Below, in pieces: positions 13,565 to 24,164 of a stretch of DNA of 33,868 nucleotides. The stretch covers positions 58,432,516-58,466,383 of the forward strand of contig NC_068992.1 of the NCBI RefSeq assembly GCF_001194135.2, given 5' to 3'. The stretch comes from Octopus bimaculoides. Its lineage: Eukaryota. The position numbers were made by a program, and so were the translations under genes. The notes under the pieces are model-generated. The model ran no database searches. It had not been told where the DNA came from and saw only the letters and a program-made list of their open reading frames with translations. How positions within the stretch are numbered: the stretch's first letter is position 1; every line of letters begins with the position of its first letter.

Positions 13565-13727
13565 CGACGGGCTTCTTTCAGTTTCCGTCTACCAAATCCA
13601 CTCACAAGGCTTTGGTCGGCCCGAGGCTATAGTAGAAGATACTTGCCCAAGGTGCCACGCAGTGGGACTGAACCCGGGACCATGTGGTTGGTATGCAAGC
13701 TACTTACCACACAGCCACTCCTACGCC
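13327..13727 (-). mobile_element. SINE family B, near full length
   Basis: tRNA-like head at the right end, internal (TA)n, 3' tail matching 1-230. Confidence 0.8.
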
Positions 13728-16661
13728 TATATGTAAGGATTACTTAGTTGCTAAGTACAAAAATATATGTAAGGATTATTTAGTAGCTAATTCGATATGA
13801 TGTTCAATAAGGTTAACTTTAAAGCAGCAAATAGCCCAAATTAAAAACAAAAAAAAATTTAAATACTAGCATAAATTTAAATTGTAGCCCAATGTGGCCG
13901 ACCAGCTTGACACAATGTGAGAAGTCTGGATCTTTGAAAAGAGAGAACAAGGGAGTTGTAGTGGGCTGGTGCTTCATTTATCAATATTGAATTACAAATT
14001 CACTTCGGCAGGATACGAAGTCAGAGCGCAGAAGAACAAAAGACCTGGGTGAATGCAAAGCATTTTATCCAACGCTTTCACAATTCAGTCAGTTTGCTAC
14101 CTTATGATTTCCCTAAGTACCTTGATCAATTAGCTTAGAATGAACTTCATCTCTCGAGTTTCATGAAAGGTTATTGTATAAAGCTTCATACCACCTTTCA
14201 TAAAGAGAATGGAGTGCAATTTGTTTAAAAGTTTCATTTCAATTTGTTTCTTTTCTTTTCCGGTTCAAATTCCGCTGAGGTCGATTTTGCCTTTCATCCT
14301 TTGAGGGTCGATAAAATAAGTACCAGTTGAAAATTGGGGTCGAGATAATCAATTTGTTCTCTCTGTCTAAAATTGCTGGCCTTGTGCGAAAATTTGGAAC
14401 TCTTTCTCTCTCTTCTAACGTTTTTAGTTTGAATTCTAAGGTCTCAACATCGTCTTCCATTCCTCCAAAGATCAAAATCGTATTTGTGATGATTGTTACA
14501 TTCAAATTTTCTCCTCTTCTCTAATTTGTATCCTTGAACCAATGAAGGAAATCACTATTCGTCTCGTGTTATCTGTACTTCATTCTTTCGATGGAAGTAA
14601 CCAAAACCAGTGCTAGTCACGAGTTTGAGTAACACACGATATGGAATAACCCTGTTGACTATCTACAATTAAGTTAAGACTCAGGGGAGAAAGAGCACAA
14701 AGTGAGCAGTTGAGAAAGTTCAAGAATAACAGTGAACTTTAAAATAACCACCTGATAGATTTGGTAAACTGTATTAGGGGTGATGACAGCGATACAGAAA
14801 TGTTTAGAGGTGAAGGAGGAAGGATAAGGGAGAAAGAGATAAGATGCATGTTTGTTTCTGCAAGAAGTATTCTATAGAGTAACTATATGGTTACTATTGT
14901 TATTGAATGCTAAATGTAATATTACACACGTACACACACAGGTTTAGTGGATGAAAAGAGAAACAGAGCAATGTTTATTTTTAATCGACAGAAAATGACT
15001 CGAGGCACTCATCAAAGCTTAACATGCTATGCAGAAGTCTCGGCTGTAGAGACACTTTTGTAACTTTTCGCTGATAGATATACGGAAGATCAGACAAGAA
15101 AAGTAACAAATGACAATAAATGTATGAATATATAGGTTAAACTAAAGCGTTTGACCAGAGCACAAATACAAATGGAAAATAGTGTAATAGGTGTAAAGCA
15201 ACTTGCTCTGAACGAATATGGAAAAAAAAAATGTGCGCTCGCGATACATGTCTGAAAAGCCTTGGGTTTCGTTTCAAAAGTACTTGTTGAAATAGACAAG
15301 TATCAAGTTTCACATATGCTTGGAAACGAAAATCCAAGCGCTTGAGTAACGTTGTATTACAGTTCGTTATAACAATCTGCATGTGTGTGTGTGCGTGTTG
15401 AAGTGTAGCATTCATTGTCGTACAGTACACGTGGAAGTGACAAAATTGTGTTGACGTGAGAAAAGTTAAGTGATATATGAAGTTGGAGGTCGTAAAAGAG
15501 ATAGACGGTGATATGGGCAATCTGTCCGTGTGTTAAATTAGGAAAAGCATGAAAAAGATGCGTTTTTTGTGTGTTTATTATGCATATACTATCGATGTGA
15601 TGTGTTCATAACCATGTGTTTAAGTGAAACAGAAGGAAAGAATCTCTATGCAAGCTGAATCGTGAAATATTTATGAACATTTTCATGTTTGTAATATGTG
15701 CATACAAGGACTGTTGTTGCTTAGCAGCCAGTCAGCCTTGATCGAGCAGTCGTCTTAACCAAGTCGTCTCTATTGTGACCATCCCAGCTTTTTTTTTGCA
15801 TATTTATAGTTACATTAATCAACACGTCCTTCCTTTACGACGGTAGGGCGTGGTTTGAGGGAGATCTGGCCGTTATTTCTCGCAGGTCGAGCAATTATGT
15901 AGGAAGTGTGTATGTGTGTGAAAGTGATACGCGGTCTAGTTCTAAGAGACATGATGTTTTGCATATCGGAGACGAAAAGAGTGTCATTAATGAGATGTGA
16001 AAAAAAAAGTTAGAATGAAATGCGAGTACGACGTGTATTGAAAGCAAGGTGGGTCTATGAGTGTAATTGAGGGTATCACTAAAATGGGTATGTGGCTGGT
16101 GCGCCCCAGGACAGCTCTGATCGAGTGGTGTAAGATCAAAAACAGTCCTGTCGCGACTGTTTTTCCCTTTCCTACATGCAGAGAGGGGACCCAGGACTAT
16201 ACCATTCAACGAATTCATTTCTTAGACGATAATAAAGTGTGATTTGTGGGAGATTTGGCTGTTATTTCTAACAATCCGATCAACCACATAGAGGATCCCG
16301 CTTTGTCTTGGGTGGGTGTAAGTGAAATATGCACATGGGTACGTGTATGTGTGTTGTAAATAAGAGCAAGTTTGTGCAAGTGATGGGCGATTTGTTGTGA
16401 ATAAGATCAATCAGTGTGTGTGTGTAAATGATGTGTTGCGCGTCAAACCATGATTTTGTGCGCACAGACACATATATGGAAGAGAGGTGTCAATGTGACG
16501 CTGCAGTTCTTACGTAGAAATACAAATCATTTGTATTTCTTTTGTGTTTTGTTTTATTTTTAGCACAAAAAGAAAGGTTGTGAAGTTTATGCTTCAAACA
16601 GACTACAATAAATAAAATGAAACTTAATAAAGAAAAAAAAGATTTAAAAAAAAAAACTGAC

Positions 16662-16833
16662 CGTTGAGTTGGGACGATAACGATTCTCTGTCTCTTTTAA
16701 ACTTCTCACTAACAATATCGGAATGTCGAAGGCGGGACTGGATGTCATGATACATATAGACAAAATACATTAAAGACACCAAGGTTACGGCAATCAGTAG
16801 ATTCCGGATTGCAGCTCCGTTTCGCTTGATCAT
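16662..16833 (-). CDS. GOLIM4: First coding exon of a GOLIM4/GPP130-like Golgi type II membrane protein
   Basis: MIKRNGAAIRNLLIAVTLVSLMYFVYMYHDIQSRLRHSDIVSEKFKRDRESLSSQLN: short basic N-tail, signal-anchor, then a coiled coil resembling vertebrate GOLIM4 (LYYELQTQLRKAEAVALKYQQHQESLSAQLQ, recalled). Ends in phase 1 at a G|GTCAGT donor (16662/16661). A GOLM1/GOLM2-type paralog is not fully excluded. Confidence 0.7.
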
Positions 16834-18937
16834 ACTTTTTTCACTGGTTTGGAGTCGTTTACGCAGATGTTGTTGGATGGAGACAAGTAAAAAAAAAAAA
16901 GAAAAATTAGATAAGTGTGCAAACCTATATGTATGAATGTATATGGACGTGGATAGATGGAGTGGCTTGAAGCATATAATATATAGATAATATATATTAT
17001 ACTTTCGTACTAATTATTTGCTGACGTTGTTATTACACTTGCTTTTAGTGTCGGTCTGGCTGTTCGTTGCAGGGCTATTTAAGAAAGGATGCTAAATTTT
17101 CTTTTTTTGTGTTCTCTAACTCCCCAAGACATTGATCTACCTATCAATACATCTATTTAGCTATCGATCCATCATCTATTGATCTTCCGTAAACATTTGT
17201 GTGTGTGTGTGCATACGTATCCTATATTACTCCGAGACGTTCTCTTCCTGTCGTTAGCTACTATCGTACCAAGGCCACTAAGACTTCTGTTAACTATGTG
17301 TTTGCGCGTGTATGTGTGTGTGTGTGTGAGTCTATGAGAGGGTACATGTGTCAGCAATAAGTGTGTAAGACACTATACGTGTATGTCTACTAACACCAAA
17401 GCAAACACTAATCATGATTTGTCAGTGTGTGAATTCATATGGGTATATGCGGAAATTTGCATACTGGCACACACATATATATATGGTTGTATATGCGTGA
17501 GAATCTAAAATATAGACATGTGAGTTCATCTACTAGACGGTCTATACCAAAACAAATGGCATTTGTTTTCTAGTAGGCTATACGTGTGTGTATATATGCG
17601 TTTGTGTACCTATAATTGCCTGCGAACGCAACGCAAACCTCTTTAATTTCTTGTGGTTATCGTGTGTATAGAAAAATCTGACATTATTTGTATGTACCTA
17701 AATGTGTGTGTTATAATCAGTGTAAATTTTTTTCAAAAATGCGTATGCTTGTAACTACTTACGAATTCATTTATCCCTGTGTATAAATGCCGATATATAT
17801 CGATCTCTTTGTCTTTCTCTATAAATAAATATTAACAGAGGTAGATATGCGATACGTGTTTGTGTGCGCGCGTCTGCCCAACTACGAGTTAATCACTTCG
17901 AAGAAACTTTTACTGCCTTCAGACAGCCCACCTGACACGTCATTTATGGACTAAACTGCACTTGAATCGAAACAGGCCTATTGTAGTGTCCAGGGCGTCG
18001 TCATTAGGTTCTTAGTTCAACTTTTCTCGAGATCAATTTTGCTGTTTATCCTTTCTGGTCGATAAATCAAAGTACCAGTCAATACTAGAATCGGTGCTGT
18101 CGATAAACTACATCCCCTAAAAATTTCTGGACTTGTGCTTTAATTAGAAATTTTTTATATAGGCACTGGACCAACGTAAAACAATACGATAATATTTATT
18201 GCAAGGAGTTAATGAAATATAAAATACATACTGATGTAAATAAATTTGAGAATATGTTTAAAGCGTTTAGATATATATGATAGATTATATATGAATATAA
18301 GATGATATATTTATCATAAGGTCTCAGTATATAGTGAGAGCCAAATGAAAGATAAACAGCGTAGATAGATCTGAGAATTTTTTTTTTCTTAGTTGAAGCA
18401 ATTTCACTTTATTATTTCCTGGGAAAATATGTGTGCCCACAACCTTTAATTTTGCTTCAAATAAAATATATAGGGTGTTTGTCGAACAGAAACCAATATT
18501 ATAACATGTTGCGATGCTTTATTCCTGAAAAAAAAAATTATCATAGGTTTTCTCTTAAATAGTTTCAAATTTCACATTTAAACATTATATCAAAAATTGT
18601 TGAATATTTTTCTTGAATAGCCCCCCCCCCCCACTAAATTTTAGGGTGAATTATATGAAGACAGAATATTTAATTTAACAAACAACATTACAGACATGAG
18701 AGGAATGAATTGGATTCAATCATGATTCGAACCTGAATTGCCGATATACAGGTGACCAGGGTCTAAATACTCTATCACACGAAATCGACAAGTATTTAAT
18801 GCCAGATATATCTAACCGGTTAACTACAAACACATACGGTGTGAAACTGAAGAGTATTTCAAATTACATTAAAATATTTTATTAAAAGTCTCAAATTGTT
18901 TTGTTTAGTGATTTTGGCGTCAATTTCAGGTGTGTAA

Positions 18938-18951
18938 ACGTCACTTCCGGT
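18938..18951 (-). promoter_or_regulatory. Candidate ETS/CRE composite promoter motif
   Basis: Reverse complement ACCGGAAGTGACGT in CpG-retaining unique sequence between the two divergent genes. Single motif only. Confidence 0.3.
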
Positions 18952-19225
18952 TTAGGCAAATTTATTTTTCTAGAGAGCGACTCAGTTATTGCACGGTAAA
19001 GGTATTTTACTTCCGCATTAGATTCCTTCATGTAATTATTTATCGTAGAGAGCTGATCGTAGAACGATCACAGTCGGTTACATAATATTGAAAATATTTT
19101 AATTTTATTGAGTTTGGGGAGAGTATTCATATTGAGCAAAGGCGTTATCTAAACGCGATACAGTGTGAACTAGTTTTGTAATTTCCGTCACCTTTCGTTT
19201 TTTATACGTGTCTAATTGTTACGTA

Positions 19226-19964
19226 GTGGAGGCGCAATGGCCCAGTGGTTAGGGCAGCGGACTCGCGGTCATAGGATCGCGGTTTCGATTACCAGACCGG
19301 GCATTGTGAGTGTTTATTGAGCGAAAACACCTAAAGCTCCACGAGGCTCCGGCAGGGGATGGTGGCGAACCCTGCTGTACTCTTTCACCACTACTTTCTC
19401 TCACTCTCACTTCCTGTTTCTGTTGTGCCTGTATTTAAAAGGGTCAGCCTTGTCACACTGTGTCACGCTGAATATCCCCGAGAACTACGTTAAGGGTACA
19501 CGTGTCTGTGGAATGTTCAGCCACTTGCACGTTAATTTCACGAGCAGGCTGTTCCGTTGATCGGATCAGCTGGAACCCTCGNNNNNNNNNNCAATGGCCC
19601 AGTGGTTAGGGCAGCGGACTCGCGGTCATAGGATCGCGGTTTCGATTACCAGACCGGGCATTGTGAGTGTTTATTGAGCGAAAACACCTAAAGCTCCACG
19701 AGGCTCCGGCAGGGGATGGTGGCGAACCCTGCTGTACTCTTTCACCACTACTTTCTCTCACTCTCACTTCCTGTTTCTGTTGTGCCTGTATTTAAAAGGG
19801 TCAGCCTTGTCACACTGTGTCACGCTGAATATCCCCGAGAACTACGTTAAGGGTACACGTGTCTGTGGAATGTTCAGCCACTTGCACGTTAATTTCACGA
19901 GCAGGCTGTTCCGTTGATCGGATCAGCTGGAACCCTCGATGTCGTAAGCGACAGAGTGCCAACC
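19226..19964 (+). mobile_element. tRNA-derived SINE, shown twice across a 10-N gap (probably one insertion)
   Basis: A box TGGCCCAGTGG; one 12-bp TSD aattgttacgta at 19214-19225 and 19965-19976 encloses both copies (19226-19581, 19592-19964). Confidence 0.9.
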
Positions 19965-20710
19965 AATTGTTACGTATTTGGGAGCCGCTGGTAATCCTTA
20001 AGAATAAAGTCGGAAATCTTCCAGATCACCAAAAGCCGTAACCTCTTCGGATTTGTATGTTTTTAAACATCGAAGATTACGATTCTGCAAAACAAATACA
20101 AAAATCAAAATTTTATTCCTCCCACCTTAAAAACTTCTAAAAAAAAATTTTTTAAATTCGAAACGAAACATAACAAAATAATTGGGATATTTGTGAAAAT
20201 CTATATTTGCATAATCGTAATTTCTGATGTCCAACAAAGCAGAAATCTGAAAAAATATTTTGAAAAAAAAAAAAAAAGTAAGAAAAAAGAAATAAAAAAA
20301 GGAAACAGTTCGGAAAAGGGGAGGGGGAATATTTCAAATTTTATTTTTTATTTGCTTTAGTCATCAGACTGCAGCCATACTCGGGTACCGAATTTAAAGG
20401 GTTTAGACGAGCAATTTTAACCTTAGAACTTATTTTTTTAAGCTTGGTACTCATTCTATTGATCTATTTTGACGAACGACTAGATCATATGGATGTAAAC
20501 GAACCAACAGCCAGTCGGTTGCTCCACCTCCATTACCAATGTTTCATTTCCGAAATCATAAAACTTCTCACCTTTCTTTTCCTTCAGTTCTAATGACTTT
20601 CTTCTTCATTAGCATGCTGCACAATTCCCCTCGACTCATTCCGTGCACATCTCTCCTAGCATCTGTCGCTGGTTACGATCCATCTTTTCCATTGAACGTG
20701 TCTCCTAAGT

Positions 20711-20933
20711 CAGGAGTTTTCAAACTGTGGTCCGCGGACCACAGGGGGTCCGCAAGGACAAGACAGGGGGTCCGTAGACAGCAAATACTTTTTATGGGCA
20801 ATTTGATTTTATATATGTCTTTTAATCGAAATCTTTTAATTGACAATAAACCTATTTGTTAAATACTGTTAAATAAATAAATGCAAAAATATATGTTATT
20901 TTAAGCAAATATTTATGTATAAATTTCATAAGC
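20711..20933 (+). mobile_element. hAT (Charlie-like) non-autonomous element, left end only
   Basis: CAGGAGTTTTCAAACTGTGGTCCGCGGACCAC..GGGGTCCG terminus typical of Charlie-type ends; no right TIR found. Confidence 0.55.
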
Positions 20934-21084
20934 ATTTTCGAAATCACAGAACTTCTCACTTCTCTGTTCCTCCAGTTCTAATCCAAACTACTGCACTTCT
21001 TTGAATTTCACTTCACTAACATCATTTCCAATGTCTTACTGACTGAATAACTTGCTCAGCTGGAACTTAGCCCCAGGTTCCAGT

Positions 21085-22560
21085 CAACAAGAAGAAGTCG
21101 ATGAGGAATCTTCGAAAGAGGAAAGTCTCTGCCCTCAGACCTTTCAACCTCGTTCACTACACAACCTTCTAGAAAGAAATTATAGTTATAGGAAAGCATT
21201 GCAATCGTCACAAAGGCTCCATTGATAGTTGGATCCGTCCTACACGCAACAACAGCTGTTCAACAAAGCATTATAAGCCAACAATGCCCGGACACTGAAC
21301 GAGTGCTTGCAGCATTTTCTTTTTCGTGTTTTAGGGCATGAATCTTAGCTCTAACAAAGTAGCCATATGTTTTGCGTTGAAGAAATAATAAAGGACCATT
21401 CTCGATGCTAGCAAATTAGCACGATGTATTTACTAACCACCTCTTTTAGATTTCTGACTAGCTACCCCTCCACTCTAATCATGAGATTGAGGCCTGTGTA
21501 GCCGATCAAATTGAACTGTGGACATCTTACACTGTTCACAACACCTAGTTGTGCTCCTCAGACCTAAAATTCCTAATTTGCTCAATCAACTTAGATAAGA
21601 CTCGTAGACAGGGACCTTACTCGCTAGCCTGACAAATACTCTATCCAGATTCAATGCGTATGATCCATTGTGGCTGCTCCACGTTTCTACTGACCAGTGG
21701 CGGCTCGTGTATAGGCGCTGCGAAATTGCAGCACCCCCTATCTCCACTCGATATTATCGATAATATTCAATATAATGAGTCCTTGTTTCTTTAATTCTTT
21801 CTTTATACTTGTACATTATATAATCCTTAAGCTTAATGTCAGTAGCCATCCCCTAGTTATGAAAAAAAATACAAAAATCCTTGTATACAAATGTGCGCTT
21901 CACAGTTCCAGCGACACGGTGTTTGGCTGATGTGCGCATGCTCACATGCCCGAGATAGGAAGCTGCTCGCTAAGGAGAAAGAGCACTGTCGTTCATGCAG
22001 TGCTTGCCCTTGTGTGCTGGTGAAAGGTAGTGTTTCTTTTTGACTTCGCGTGTATTGTGCTTAAAAACGTGTTTATATTATTGAATGTGATAAAGTGTAG
22101 AATTAGATTATTATCCTGCTTCCAGCTACATTGTTGCTGTCAGGATTTGAAAAATAGGGCAGACTCCCCCCTTATTTTGTGATTTAGGGGGATTTTTGAA
22201 AAACAAAGGGGAATTTGCAGCGGTGTTCAGTGAACAAATTAAACACACTACCCAGCAGTGGCTAAAACGCGAACCGATCAAGTTTATGTATTAATTTTTC
22301 TTTTTATATGTTTGTTTCCTTTTACACAATACTAAAACAACGGCTAAAAATCTTCTGAAGCTGTACCCTCACTAATTTTATCTGCGAGCCGCCACTGCTA
22401 CTGACATATTAGGAAAATCCATTCAACACTTGTCAGACATTTGGAAACTTCTGAGTAGGTTTTCGAGGTTTTTGTATCCCATCTTCTTACGTGTTTGCTC
22501 TACACAGTCCCACTATGCATCAAAATATATTTCCAACAACTCATTTGTTGTCCCTAGAAA
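21085..22560 (-). mobile_element. L1/Tx1 LINE relic (endonuclease, linker, C-terminus; RT missing), interrupted by a MITE
   Basis: NLLRSFQMSDKC*MDFPNMSVETWSSHNGSYALNLDRVFVR (APE C-terminal), GYFVRAKIHALKHE (linker), LQALVQCPGIVGL*CFVEQLLLRVGRIQLS and TRLKGLRAETFLFRRFLIDFF (C-terminal). Confidence 0.7.
21695..22397. mobile_element. Non-autonomous hAT transposon (MITE-like), 703 bp
   Basis: Perfect 13-bp TIRs CAGTGGCGGCTCG / CGAGCCGCCACTG; perfect 8-bp TSD ctactgac at 21687-21694 and 22398-22405. Confidence 0.92.
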
Positions 22561-23363
22561 AGCTTCCAGACATTTGAAGCTTTTTAAACATAACATACCT
22601 TCGACTTCAACAAACATACGTATATAAAGTGGCCGCCCTGTAACAGGTTGTACACTCCAACCTATATTACTGACTCGTTGTCCATACGAGGCCCAAATGT
22701 GTTATGGGGAACTTCGCGGATGAGTTTATAGTTGGAGGCGATGAAGGAGAGGTGAGCCGGCAATTTTAAGTCAGATGCTGCACGAGGACAGAGGCTGCCG
22801 AATCTCACAAAAAACTCCACATGCTGCCTCCAAGTATTGTGAAAAATGATGTTGCAGATGAATTGCGTAGATGAACGGATAGTGGCTTCTAGTTTGTCGA
22901 GATGTCCTAAATGGAGATAACATGGTGCGCTGCGCAGCGAAAGAAGAATTTGGCGGAGGTAACAAAAACCCTAGCCCTAACTCAAACACCGGGTGTGCGT
23001 ATTCTTTAGGTAGAACGATACAGTTCTTCAACATAAACAGGACTCGATAATAATTAATTAGGTGCAACATGTGGGCAATCTTTATTGGGTTCTCACGGTT
23101 GGATTCTGGGCATAAAAGGACAAATTCCTTTTTTTTTGTATCGGCCGCTGTTAAAACCGCAGCTAACTTTTGTCCTTGGAGTGTCATTCTCTTCCATCAA
23201 ATTGGGATGAAAGCACTGCGCCTCAGGAATGAACATCATGAGACAGAATGGTCAATCTAACGAATATCATGTGTGTTTGCTTTTAGTTTCTTTCTTTTCT
23301 CTTTTTTTTTGTTGCTATGTATAAGTACTGAATAAAAATATTGAAATAAGCTTCATTTCGTAG

Positions 23364-23398
<35 letters not shown>

Positions 23399-24164
23399 CA
23401 CATACATACACACGAATCAACAAAAACGTCTGTTTGTTCGCATGAGCTGCTAGAATTAGCGGGGGGAAATGTCTCAAATAATATCTTACATAATATNNNN
23501 NNNNNNTAATATCTTACATAATATCAAAAATAACAACGGATAATATAGTATGTATTAGATATAATGACTGAAAAAAAAGTTGGGAGATTAGTAATTTCTG
23601 GAATGTTTTTTGGTCATAAGTCTGCAGTAGCTTGGACTAAAGAAGAAGAACAACACACTCACGTGCGTTCATATCAGCATTGAAGTAAACGTAAATATTA
23701 CCATGTGTAAGAGAACATTAATTAGTAAAATTAAAGAGTTACGACTAATGACTCTTTTCCGGTACCTACTCCACCGATGTTGAAATCAATAATATTAATC
23801 CAATGTGTACATTTATTCAGAACCGATTTTTATCAACAGGGAGTCAAATTCAAAGTAATAGCGTTGAAGAGAGGAAATAAGTTGTTTAAAAAAGAATGAC
23901 GCTAAACAAACGCGATATTGCCAACTGTCTGACATTTTCATGAAGGATGGATATTAAAATGAACATAATAGATAAGAATCCCGCTTTTTGAAGATATATA
24001 AAATCAGTAAGCTTTTTGATTTTCATTTCTCGTGTGCTTATTTGCATAATTCGGTATATATACAATTATATATTTCTTCATGTTATATTTTTCTGCATTC
24101 CTCTGCCTCGCTCATCCAATCAAATATTGTGGACGATTTAAATTTCATTAATTATGGTGGAATT

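Larger units (their letters stand above)
12580..13795 (+). repeat. Degenerate ~36-bp minisatellite split by SINE insertions
   Basis: Unit taaggattNNttagttgctaattNcaaNaatatatN recurs in three clusters (~12580-12690, ~13160-13326, ~13730-13795). Confidence 0.55.

Noticed and set aside
14239-14505. ORF containing the coiled-coil-like EDDVETLEFKLKTLEERE
   Set aside because: Runs into a family A SINE, lacks a donor and a polypyrimidine tract; not supportable as an exon.
19226-19300. tRNA-like sequences (also at 7290-7363 and 31164-31240)
   Set aside because: These are SINE heads with bodies and TSDs, not tRNA genes.
20545-20990. ~50-bp direct repeat flanking the Charlie-like fragment
   Set aside because: Too long and diverged for a hAT TSD; likely a local duplication in decayed repeat DNA.
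23740-23900. Faint PP..S..LIQ / QGV.FK similarity to Tigger, which would place HAP2 inside a single Tigger
   Set aside because: Similarity too weak and spacing wrong; no TIRs found.
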